Assembly: GCA_964487905.1 (NCBI GenBank)
Contig: CAZASQ010000001.1
Span: forward strand, 49,613 to 113,612
Direction: 5' to 3'
DNA length: 64,000 nucleotides
Source: an uncultured Prevotella sp.
GTDB taxonomy: Bacteria; Bacteroidota; Bacteroidia; Bacteroidales; Bacteroidaceae
Below the pieces are notes generated by a model. The model saw nothing but the letters and a program-made list of their open reading frames with translations, did no database searches and had not been told where the DNA came from. The position numbers and the translations under genes are program-made. Shown piece by piece: positions 45,589 to 54,387 of this stretch. Numbering within the stretch: the stretch's first letter is position 1; each line of letters starts with the position of its first letter.

Positions 45589-48150
45589 ATGCAAAAAAAG
45601 CTGAAACTAGTCGTGGTAGCACTTTGCAGCACGAGCATGGTGGTAGCGCAGAACACGCATACCAACAGCAATGCGCAAGAGCAAACGACCAACACGATGG
45701 ACGAATCGGCGTTCACGTTCACCGAGGCGCAGTTGGGCGAGGACGATGACATGAGCAGTAACGTCACTATCCTCAACTCCAACAGCAATGTTTATGCATC
45801 CGAGGTGGGCTACCTTTATTCGCCGTTGCGTTTCCGCTACAGGGCCCTCAACCAAAAGTACAACGACGTTTACATTAACGGCGCACCAATGAATGACATG
45901 GAGTCGGGCCAATTCCGCTATTCTTTGGTGGGTGGCCTGAACCAGCAAACGCGCAACGTTGACTATTCGCTGCCCTTTGAAGAGAGTTCGTTTGCCATGA
46001 CAGGACTTTCGGGAAGCAACAATTACAATTTCCGTGCGGGCTCTATGGCTGCAGGCCAGCGTATCACGCTTTCTGCTGCCAACCGCAATTACACCCTACG
46101 TGGCATGTACACATACGCCAGCGGCTTCAACAGCAAGGGATGGGCTATTGCGGCAAACCTCACTTACCGTTGGGCAAACCGCGGATATGTGGAGGGAACA
46201 TTCTATAACGCCCTGTCTTATTACTTCGGAGTACAGAAGAAATGGAACAACGGACATTCCGTGTCCTTTGCCACTTGGGGAAATCCAACAGAGCGCGCAT
46301 CACAAGGAGCTTCTACCGATGAGGCTTATTGGCTGGCCAATGACTATCAGTACAACCCTTACTGGGGATACCAAAACGGACACAAGCGCAACTCGCGCGT
46401 TGTGAACGACTTTGCTCCCTCAGCCATCCTCACTTGGGACTGGGACATCAACAGCCGTTCCAAGCTCACAACGAGCCTTTTCGGCAAATACTCGATGTAC
46501 AAGAGCACCAAGCTGAATTACAACAACGCCGACAATCCTCAGCCCGATTATTGGAAAAACCTGCCAAGCAGCTACTATGACGTATGGGACGAGGGCGACA
46601 CTCGCTACCGCACACCGCAAGCTCTTGCCGACTGGTCTTCCGCCGTGCAATGGTGGCAAAGCAAGGAGAACCGCCAAATCCAATGGGATCGTCTCTATTA
46701 CGCCAACAAGCAAGCCGCACTAAACGGGCAGGATGCTGTCTATTACGTACAGGCACGCCACAATGACAACTTGATGTTGACCATGGCCTCTACGCTGAAC
46801 ACCCAACTCACGAAAGACAGCCGACTGAACGCAGGCATCATGTTAGGACAGAACGTTGGCCGCCATTACCAAACAATGGAGGACTTGCTGGGCGCCAGCA
46901 GCTTCCACAATATCAACACCTACGCGCTCGGCGCTTATGAGCTTACCGACCCGCGTATGCAATACGACCTCAACACCATGGGGACACAAGGTAAAGGCCG
47001 TCTCGTCTATGAGGACGACAAGTTTGGTTATGACTATAACCTCACTGTAAGACGTGGAACCGTTTGGACAAGCTACAGCGAGAACTTTGGCATTCTCCAT
47101 TACACGCTGGCAGGAAAGCTGGCATACGACAATATGTTCCGTAAAGGCCATATGCGCAACGGTATGTTCGCCGACAATTCTTTCGGAAAAAGCAAGAAAG
47201 CCGAGTTCCTTTCTGGTGGCATGAAGTTTAACGGAATCCTCAGCCAGAACGGACATACGCTGTCCCTTGGATTAGGCTACGAGCACCGCGCACCACAAGC
47301 CAACGCTGCTTTCGTTTCGCCCGAAATGAATAACGACTTCGTGGACAACTTGCGCAATGAGCGCGTTTTCTCGTCAGAGTTGAGCTACCAGTACATGGGA
47401 TCATGGCTTCACGCCAATGTCACTGGATTCTATAACCGGATGACGAATGTCACCGAATGGCAAAATTATTACTTTGACGACATCAACAGCTTCTCGTATG
47501 TTTCCATGACCAACATCAAGAAGCACTACTACGGCGTAGAAGTTGGACTGGACTTCAAGATTACCAGCTTCCTCAATTTCAAGGCTTTGGGACACTGGAC
47601 GGAAGCCGAGAACATCAACAACGCCAACGTGCGCTATTTGAACTCTACCAAAGCCACTTACACCGATGATATCGTTTACAATAAAGATATGCGCGAGAGC
47701 GGAACTCCGTTGTCCGCTTACAGCGGTGTAATTGACTTCCACATGGGCGGATGGTTCATTGACTTGAGCGGCAATTACTACGACCGCATCTATTTGGGCT
47801 ACGCACCCAGCCGCCGTTACGGCCAAACGCTTGTCAATATGAGCAGTGTCGACAATGAGGGCAACTACGTCATCCCCGCACAAGCCGAGGGCAAGGGCGG
47901 ATTCATGCTTGATGGTTCTATCGGTCGCAACATCCGCTTGCGTCATGGCAGCATCTCCGTCAATCTTACCGTAACGAACATACTCAACAACCGCAAGATT
48001 GTGACGGGTGGCTACGAGCAAAGCCGAAGCGACTACACGCTCAGCAACGATGGCACACGCAGCGACCGCGCCTACAAGTTCTCGCTCAATCCCAAGAAAT
48101 ACTACGTCAACGGCATCAACGGAATGCTCAACGTGGCTTACAAATTCTAA
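45589..48150 (+). CDS. TonB-dependent-receptor-like outer-membrane beta-barrel (reduced plug, no SusC N-terminal extension)
   Basis: I prefer the ATG at 45589, which gives a signal peptide. The plug-like segment is FRYRALNQKYNDVYINGAPMND. About 750 aa of alternating beta-strand pattern follows, ending in NVAYKF with a terminal Phe. Confidence 0.65.
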   Translation: MQKKLKLVVVALCSTSMVVAQNTHTNSNAQEQTTNTMDESAFTFTEAQLGEDDDMSSNVTILNSNSNVYASEVGYLYSPLRFRYRALNQKYNDVYINGAPMNDMESGQFRYSLVGGLNQQTRNVDYSLPFEESSFAMTGLSGSNNYNFRAGSMAAGQRITLSAANRNYTLRGMYTYASGFNSKGWAIAANLTYRWANRGYVEGTFYNALSYYFGVQKKWNNGHSVSFATWGNPTERASQGASTDEAYWLANDYQYNPYWGYQNGHKRNSRVVNDFAPSAILTWDWDINSRSKLTTSLFGKYSMYKSTKLNYNNADNPQPDYWKNLPSSYYDVWDEGDTRYRTPQALADWSSAVQWWQSKENRQIQWDRLYYANKQAALNGQDAVYYVQARHNDNLMLTMASTLNTQLTKDSRLNAGIMLGQNVGRHYQTMEDLLGASSFHNINTYALGAYELTDPRMQYDLNTMGTQGKGRLVYEDDKFGYDYNLTVRRGTVWTSYSENFGILHYTLAGKLAYDNMFRKGHMRNGMFADNSFGKSKKAEFLSGGMKFNGILSQNGHTLSLGLGYEHRAPQANAAFVSPEMNNDFVDNLRNERVFSSELSYQYMGSWLHANVTGFYNRMTNVTEWQNYYFDDINSFSYVSMTNIKKHYYGVEVGLDFKITSFLNFKALGHWTEAENINNANVRYLNSTKATYTDDIVYNKDMRESGTPLSAYSGVIDFHMGGWFIDLSGNYYDRIYLGYAPSRRYGQTLVNMSSVDNEGNYVIPAQAEGKGGFMLDGSIGRNIRLRHGSISVNLTVTNILNNRKIVTGGYEQSRSDYTLSNDGTRSDRAYKFSLNPKKYYVNGINGMLNVAYKF

Positions 48151-48168
48151 TTTCACAGTTTTATCGAC

Positions 48169-49464
48169 ATGAAACAAATTCAGTATATCATCCTTTTGGC
48201 CATCTGCACCATCCTCGCTTCCTGCATGGGACAGGATTACGCAGAAGCCAACTACGATGAAGTCCCGTATGGCAACAATGCCATCAGCGAAACCAATGTC
48301 GTCAGCATCCAGCAGCTCAAGGAGCTGTTCAGCGAGGAGATTGCCACAAGCTACGCCTACCGGCAAGTAACCGAGGACTTGCAAATCAAGGGCATTGTGA
48401 CAAGCAGCGATGCAGAGGGGAACATCTATAATGAGCTGGCACTGCAAGACTCCACGGGTGCCATCATCATCTCCATCGCCCAAGGCGGTCTCTACAGTTT
48501 CCTGCCCGCGGGTACGGAAATCCTTGTAGACTTGAAAGGACTCTACGTGGGCAACTATGGCCTTCAAGCCGAAATAGGAGTGCCAACAATGAACTCGCGC
48601 GGACAAACCTCCATCGGACGAATGAGCCGCGCCACATGGGACAACCACTTCAAGATACTTGGCAAGAAGGATGTTCCCGAGCCAGAACTGTTTGCCGATG
48701 GAAGCAACAAGACCACTTGGGACTTGACGAAAGACGGTGGCAAACTGGGCATCATCAAGAATGTCTCATTCCGTTTCTGGAGCGTTGACTCCACCTATGC
48801 CAACTCCAACGGCGACGCAGGTTCTATTGAGTGGCAGTTGAACGAGCAAGACGCATCTGTCATTGTTTACAACAGCAATTACTCCGACTTTGCCAACACG
48901 AAAGTGCCGACAGGCAAAGTAAACATCACGGGTATTTTCAAGCGTTACAACAACAAGTGGGAAATCATCATCCGCTCCATTGACGATGTGGAAGTTCTCC
49001 CCGAAGCTGTGTTTCAGGAGAGCTTCGGCGATGGAACACTTGGCGACTTCACTGTTGAGAACATCATTCTTCCCGAAGGTTTAGACTATGTTTGGGCTGG
49101 CTCTACGAGCTACGGCGCAAAAGCTTCGGCTTATGTCAACGGAGTATACTATGCCGTCCACAGCCGCATCGTCTCCCCCGCCATCAACATGAAGGATGCC
49201 AAACTGAACCTGCTCACCTTCGACCAGGCTGGCAGATTCTTCACCGATGTCAAGAAAGAGTGCCGCGCGCTCGTCTCCACCGACAAGACCACATGGTCCG
49301 AGCTTCCCCTTTCCACCTATCTTGACGGAAGCAGCTGGGACTTCGTAACCACCACCTGCGACCTCAGCAGCTACGCTGGCAAGACCATCTACATTGCTTT
49401 CGATTATCAGAGTACGGATCAAAGCGCAGCCACTTGGGAAATCAAGAACGTCAAAGTGGAATAA
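48169..49464 (+). CDS. Surface lipoprotein: an N-terminal OB-fold-like (DUF5689-type) domain and a C-terminal choice-of-anchor-J/MAM-like domain
   Basis: Lipobox ILASC. The OB-like pattern is IKGIVTSSDAEGNIYNELALQDSTGAIIISI...VDLKGLYVGNYGLQAEIG. The C-terminal domain ends in IAFDYQSTDQSAATWEIKNVKVE. Confidence 0.6.
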   Translation: MKQIQYIILLAICTILASCMGQDYAEANYDEVPYGNNAISETNVVSIQQLKELFSEEIATSYAYRQVTEDLQIKGIVTSSDAEGNIYNELALQDSTGAIIISIAQGGLYSFLPAGTEILVDLKGLYVGNYGLQAEIGVPTMNSRGQTSIGRMSRATWDNHFKILGKKDVPEPELFADGSNKTTWDLTKDGGKLGIIKNVSFRFWSVDSTYANSNGDAGSIEWQLNEQDASVIVYNSNYSDFANTKVPTGKVNITGIFKRYNNKWEIIIRSIDDVEVLPEAVFQESFGDGTLGDFTVENIILPEGLDYVWAGSTSYGAKASAYVNGVYYAVHSRIVSPAINMKDAKLNLLTFDQAGRFFTDVKKECRALVSTDKTTWSELPLSTYLDGSSWDFVTTTCDLSSYAGKTIYIAFDYQSTDQSAATWEIKNVKVE

Positions 49465-49504
49465 ACACCCAACTAACAAGAAACAAAACAAAAAAGTATA
49501 AACA

Positions 49505-50860
49505 ATGAAAAAGCTATTAGTATCACTTTCCGCCCTGGCTCTCACAGTCATCGGGCTTACCGGATGCGAAGATGTACCACAGCCTTACGATACACCTACG
49601 GCCGATGACAGCCAAGAAGTCGTGATTGAGCCAAAGGGAACTGGCACACAGAACGACCCCTTCAACGTTATTGGAGCACTCAACTTCATTGACGAGGGAG
49701 AGAACCTCGACCAAGCTGTCTACGTAAGCGGATACGTGGTGAAGATTGACAATATCGACACCAGCTTCGGAAACGCCACATACTACATCTCCGATGACTC
49801 CACTTCCACCACAACCACGCTTGAGGTGTACCGTGGACGCTATCTTGACGGCGAGAGCTTCACCTCCACCGACCAGTTGAAGGTTGGCGACAAAGTAGTT
49901 GTCTGCGGACAGGTCGTCAACTATGAGGGCACAAAGGAGTTTACCTCCGGCAACTACATCTACTCGCTCAACAACGAGACCGCCGGAGGCAGCGGCGATG
50001 ACGAAAGCGATGCACAGCCCGAGGGCAACGGCACACAGGCTTCTCCCTACAACGTGGCTGCCGCGCTGAACATTGTCACCGCACTCGCTGCTGGTGAGGA
50101 GACCAGCGAGCCGATATACGTCAAGGGAAAGATTGTGGAAATCCGCCAAGTGGAGACCGCTATCTATGGCAATGCCAACTACTACATCTCCGATGACGGC
50201 AAAAACCGCATCTACATCTTCCAAAGCTTCTACCTCGGTGGCGAGAAGTTTACATCGGAAGACCAAATCAAGGTTGGCGATGAGGTCGTTGTCTATGGCA
50301 AATTCACCAACTATATGGGCAACACGCCCGAGACAGTGGGCAAGGGACAGACCCATATTGTTTCCCTCAACGGCAAGCAAGACGCAAGTGATGAGCCAGC
50401 CGGGCTGAGCGCAGACTTCAGCAAGGGCGACAATGGCTTCACTATCAAGAACATCTCGCTGCCCGAGGGACTCAGCTTTATTTGGAATTACGACAGCGAG
50501 AACGGCTACTTCAAGGCCAACGCCTACGCTTCCCGTAAGAACTATGCCAGCCAAAGCCGCCTTGTTTCTCCGGCATTCAACTTGAAAGGTCTCTCCAAAG
50601 CTACGCTGACTTTCAACCACATGGCACGTTTCTTCAAGGATGCAGCCTCTGAACTGAAAGTACAGGTGTCTACCGATGGCACCAACTGGACCGACTTGAC
50701 CGTTTCCGCCTATCCTTCCGGAGAGAATTGGGACGTAACCACCTCCACTTGCGACCTCAGCAGCGTGGCTGGATCAAAGAAAGTCTACATCGGCTTCCTT
50801 TACACCAGCACCACCGAGGCTGCTGCCACTTGGGAAGTAACCAGCGTGGAAGTAAAGTAA
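49505..50860 (+). CDS. Surface lipoprotein: two tandem OB-fold-like modules and a C-terminal choice-of-anchor-J/MAM-like domain (a paralog of the preceding gene's C-terminus)
   Basis: Lipobox GLTGC. There is an internal duplication: NDPFNVIGALNF...VYVSGYVVKI...GNATYYISDD...KVGDKVVVCG versus ASPYNVAAALNI...IYVKGKIVEI...GNANYYISDD...KVGDEVVVYG. The C-terminus is IGFLYTSTTEAAATWEVTSVEVK. Confidence 0.6.
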   Translation: MKKLLVSLSALALTVIGLTGCEDVPQPYDTPTADDSQEVVIEPKGTGTQNDPFNVIGALNFIDEGENLDQAVYVSGYVVKIDNIDTSFGNATYYISDDSTSTTTTLEVYRGRYLDGESFTSTDQLKVGDKVVVCGQVVNYEGTKEFTSGNYIYSLNNETAGGSGDDESDAQPEGNGTQASPYNVAAALNIVTALAAGEETSEPIYVKGKIVEIRQVETAIYGNANYYISDDGKNRIYIFQSFYLGGEKFTSEDQIKVGDEVVVYGKFTNYMGNTPETVGKGQTHIVSLNGKQDASDEPAGLSADFSKGDNGFTIKNISLPEGLSFIWNYDSENGYFKANAYASRKNYASQSRLVSPAFNLKGLSKATLTFNHMARFFKDAASELKVQVSTDGTNWTDLTVSAYPSGENWDVTTSTCDLSSVAGSKKVYIGFLYTSTTEAAATWEVTSVEVK

Positions 50861-50946
50861 CAAGCAGAGAACCATCCCTTATCGCACCAAACGGCGCGAA
50901 AGGATAACTCTCGAATGGAACTAAAGTTTCCTTAAAGGGAAACATC

Positions 50947-50992
50947 AAGCATATCGGATTTTCTGTAAAAAGAGAGTCCGATATGCTTTTTT
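50947..50992 (+). terminator. Intrinsic terminator after the lipoprotein operon
   Basis: A 12-bp stem, aagcatatcgga (50947-50958) / tccgatatgctt (50977-50988), followed by TTTT. Confidence 0.8.
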
Positions 50993-51019
50993 ATGGCCAA
51001 GGCTCTTCTCGCCTTATAA

Positions 51020-51106
51020 CGAAACGTATGCTTTCGGGCAACAAAACCATATGTTTGACAGCCTAAAACGTTACGTATGACACGGCAAAACGTATGGTTT
51101 CATGCA
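51020..51106. repeat. Copy 6 of the 22-bp-periodic intergenic repeat (4 units)
   Basis: The units are cgaaacgtatgctttc, caaaaccatatgtttg, ctaaaacgttacgtatg and caaaacgtatggtttc. They start at 51020, 51042, 51063 and 51086. Confidence 0.75.
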
Positions 51107-51220
51107 GGTACGATAATAAGCTGAACAGCAAGATATTATAAAACGAGGTAGAAACACATCCCTACCCCGTTCCATGACTGCTCAAGCCATTGTAGCTCTG
51201 TATAATCCAGAAAGAGAATT

Positions 51221-53230
51221 CTATAACTTAGGCGGATTACGCTTGTCGCCCTCCGTTAGGAAACCATGCCTATACGCATAAAGCAACTCCTGCAAATCAG
51301 AGATTTGCTTGCGCAACTCCTCTCCCTTGTCCGTATCGGCAACGCGCAAGCGACGATAGTTCATCTCCACTATCTGCGTGGTGCCACGAATGTCGGTACC
51401 CCTCTTGATGGCATCCTCAGTAGAAGTGAACGGATCATGCTGCACAAGCTGGAAACCACGGCTGTGGAACACGAGCGTATATCCGGCTATGCCTGTCTCC
51501 TTGTGATAAGCTTGCGCAAAGCCACCATCTATCACCATCAACTTGCCATTGGCCTTAATGGGGCTTTCGCCCTTGGAGACGTGTACGGGAACATGGCCAT
51601 TGATAATATGACGGTTAGCCCCCTTCACCTCAAATTCATCGAGAATACAGTCAGCGGTCTTCTCATCATCACGCAACTCATAATAGTGCCCCTTCTTTTC
51701 CTTGTGCGTTTCTTTCTCCGTGAGGAAGTAACGCTCAAAGGTAGCCATCTTTGCCTTATCAAAAAGTGGACTGTCTGGGCCACACCACAGATAGCAGAAA
51801 TAGTCTATGGCCTCCTGACGGCTTTGAGACTCACAATCTTGCTGGAAAGCCGCACGAATAAGCATTCCCGTATGATAGAGCAAAGCGCGGCCGGAAAAAC
51901 GTTTGCCCGGCAATACCTCTACCTCCTTGAACGTACCATCGGCATTAAGAGGGATTGAAGCATGATAGAGAAGGTTGCCATTGATTTTCTTGAACATACA
52001 GCCATGACGCAACATAATACGAATGTGGCGATGGAGTTTCTCGCTGATGACAAACGAGTGGTGTAGCTTGCCCACCAGCTGCTGTTCCTCGGGCGTTAGC
52101 TTGTTGGGATGTTCTGGGTCGATGGTCGGGAAATGGCATGAAATCATCTTGTAGACCTTGCCATCCACCTTGCACGTACCGTTCTTATAGTCTATCGCCT
52201 CAAGCAACTTGCGGTTTTCCATCTTCCACAACGGATGCTTGTCTATAAGCTGTGCCTCTAATTTGAACTGTATCACACTGATGGCCTTGTGCATCCGCGC
52301 TATAAGAAGACGGCTCTTATCATCAATGGCCACATCTTTCGACACCTTGGGCAAGAATTCCTGACAAGGATCATTACCATAAACATCCATCGCAAAGGTG
52401 GCCAAATTAACCAAATTGATTCCGTAGCCATCCTCCAAGGTGAGCATATTGTCGTAACGCAAGGCAATTCGTATGACATTGCAGATGCAAACATCATTGC
52501 CTGCACACGCTCCCATCCACAGCACATCATGATTGCCCCATGTGATGTCCCAGTCATGATAGCCGGAGAGGATGTCTATGACGGTGTGCGCGCCCGGCCC
52601 GCGGTCGTAAACATCGCCAAGAATATGGAGTTGGTCGATGACAAGACGCTGAATCACATTGCAAATGGCAATGATAAACTGGTCGGCACGGCCTATTTCT
52701 ATAATCGTGGAGATAATTGAGCCTACATAGTCGGTCTTGTCCTTGTCATCGGCATGCTCGTGGAGCAACTCCTGAATGATGTAAGAGAAGTCTGTGGGCA
52801 ATGCCTTTCTCACTTTTGAGCGCGTATACTTGCTTGACACGTCACGACAAACAATAACAAGCCGATGAATGGTGATGCGATACCAATTGTCTATGTTCTT
52901 CTCCTCCTGCTTGACTAAGCGGAGTTTGCGCTCCGGATAATAGATAAGCGTGCACAGATTGCGTATTTCGTAATCGCGCAACGTGTCTGAAAAAAGGTCA
53001 TTCAACTTGCGGCGGATATTGCCAGAGGCATTCTTCAGCACGTGTTGAAAAGCTTCGTTCTCGCCATGAATATCGGCAAGGAAGTGCTCAGTGCCCTTAG
53101 GAAGGTTGAGAATCGCCTCCAAATTGATGATTTCCGTACTCGCATCGGCAATGGTGGGAAACTGCTTGGCAAGCAATTCCAAGTAGCGGCGGTCGCCGCC
53201 AAGGTCGTAAACTGGTTTATTAGTTTCCAT
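51221..53230 (-). CDS. fbp: Fructose-1,6-bisphosphatase, class 3
   Basis: 669 aa. The N-terminus YLELLAKQFPT...EIINLEAILNLPKGTEHFLADIHGE and the metallophosphoesterase motifs (GDVYDRG, GNHD) are typical of class III FBPase. Confidence 0.9.
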   Translation of the reverse strand: METNKPVYDLGGDRRYLELLAKQFPTIADASTEIINLEAILNLPKGTEHFLADIHGENEAFQHVLKNASGNIRRKLNDLFSDTLRDYEIRNLCTLIYYPERKLRLVKQEEKNIDNWYRITIHRLVIVCRDVSSKYTRSKVRKALPTDFSYIIQELLHEHADDKDKTDYVGSIISTIIEIGRADQFIIAICNVIQRLVIDQLHILGDVYDRGPGAHTVIDILSGYHDWDITWGNHDVLWMGACAGNDVCICNVIRIALRYDNMLTLEDGYGINLVNLATFAMDVYGNDPCQEFLPKVSKDVAIDDKSRLLIARMHKAISVIQFKLEAQLIDKHPLWKMENRKLLEAIDYKNGTCKVDGKVYKMISCHFPTIDPEHPNKLTPEEQQLVGKLHHSFVISEKLHRHIRIMLRHGCMFKKINGNLLYHASIPLNADGTFKEVEVLPGKRFSGRALLYHTGMLIRAAFQQDCESQSRQEAIDYFCYLWCGPDSPLFDKAKMATFERYFLTEKETHKEKKGHYYELRDDEKTADCILDEFEVKGANRHIINGHVPVHVSKGESPIKANGKLMVIDGGFAQAYHKETGIAGYTLVFHSRGFQLVQHDPFTSTEDAIKRGTDIRGTTQIVEMNYRRLRVADTDKGEELRKQISDLQELLYAYRHGFLTEGDKRNPPKL

Positions 53231-53241
53231 AATTGATTGGT

Positions 53242-54387
53242 TTAGGTGGTTTTCATCATAGAACTGGCACGATGGCCATACTTGGGAGGCAATGGCATGA
53301 AGCCCTCGCCGAGCATCAACCGGCTGCCTAATGTGGCAATTACACCCCGCGCATATCCCACAGCAGAGAAGCGGGACAGCAAATGGCGCAAACGGTCTTC
53401 ATCATAATCTCGATACTTTATGGCCGTATAAAGGTCACAAAGATGACGCATGGAAAGATCTCCTTTCCGCTGTAAGAAACGAAAGTTGAGAATAAGCGTG
53501 ACCACACCGCGCAATTCGGCATCCTCCTTCTCAAGCACCTCACCCCATTTTTCTTTTTTCAAATCACTATCCGTGAGCAATTTGTCGGTTGGCAAAGCCT
53601 CTTTTGACTTTGGATGCTTGGATGGATAGCGGGCTATGGCCGCCGTATCAACGGGGCCGACGCTGAGCGAGAGTGTTTCAATCGCGTCTTTGACAAGCGA
53701 AAGTACGCCCTCATCTGCCGCAAACAAGAACATACGCCGCCAAGAAGTAGCATCCAAGTCATGGAACACTTCCATTTTTTCCTTGGGAAGACGTCCATCG
53801 GGAGTTGTGTCAATTGCTGTATGAAGCAACACGCCCACAGCCTCATGCTCCGCAGCGGTCATGTAATGGATATAGCGCGTGTCAATTACCTTTCCGTAAA
53901 GTCGAAGAGACAAAGCCGCCATATCCGCAGACGTAATCCTCGAAGTGAGTAAACAGTTTGACACAACATCTATGTAAGCGTTCCACGACAGTTTTCGCAG
54001 TCGGTCAGCCTCCCCATCCGAAGTGGCCATCAATGCATCAACATGAGTCACCATCCTACGCTGGTAAGCCCATTTCTTCTGCACCTTGCCCCATCGGTGC
54101 TCATAGCGGTAACGAAATGCATCCAGTTGCCCATGCGGAGAAAGCACTACGCCACAGTTTTTACGCAAAGATTGTTGAGCGACTATCGCCACATGAATAT
54201 CCCACATAGAATGTATGTGGACTACATCTGGACGAAACTCCTTCAATTTGGCTTTGAAATTGTCTCTTCGGGTAACCACAGAGACAACCGCACCCAAACG
54301 ACTTTGGGCGGCAGCAAGCGTGGAGAGATAGCTGGAAAGCAAATCTCCCTTCCTCACATTGTTAATATAATGCAGGACACGCATCAA
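53242..54387 (-). CDS. Hypothetical protein whose N-terminus resembles a GT4-type glycosyltransferase N-domain
   Basis: 381 aa. The first ~150 aa (MRVLHYIN...VVHIHSMWD...SPHGQLD) resemble the N-terminal Rossmann half of a GT-B enzyme. I do not recognise the C-terminal half. The start overlaps the upstream gene by 4 nt. Confidence 0.45.
   Translation of the reverse strand: MMRVLHYINNVRKGDLLSSYLSTLAAAQSRLGAVVSVVTRRDNFKAKLKEFRPDVVHIHSMWDIHVAIVAQQSLRKNCGVVLSPHGQLDAFRYRYEHRWGKVQKKWAYQRRMVTHVDALMATSDGEADRLRKLSWNAYIDVVSNCLLTSRITSADMAALSLRLYGKVIDTRYIHYMTAAEHEAVGVLLHTAIDTTPDGRLPKEKMEVFHDLDATSWRRMFLFAADEGVLSLVKDAIETLSLSVGPVDTAAIARYPSKHPKSKEALPTDKLLTDSDLKKEKWGEVLEKEDAELRGVVTLILNFRFLQRKGDLSMRHLCDLYTAIKYRDYDEDRLRHLLSRFSAVGYARGVIATLGSRLMLGEGFMPLPPKYGHRASSMMKTT

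Noticed and set aside
5312-51106. Whether the 22-bp-periodic repeat arrays could be degenerate CRISPR arrays
   Set aside because: The units are only ~22 bp in total, with 6-7-nt linkers and no 25-40-nt unique spacers. The arrays have 3-5 units and are scattered at six loci. No cas genes or leader are present.
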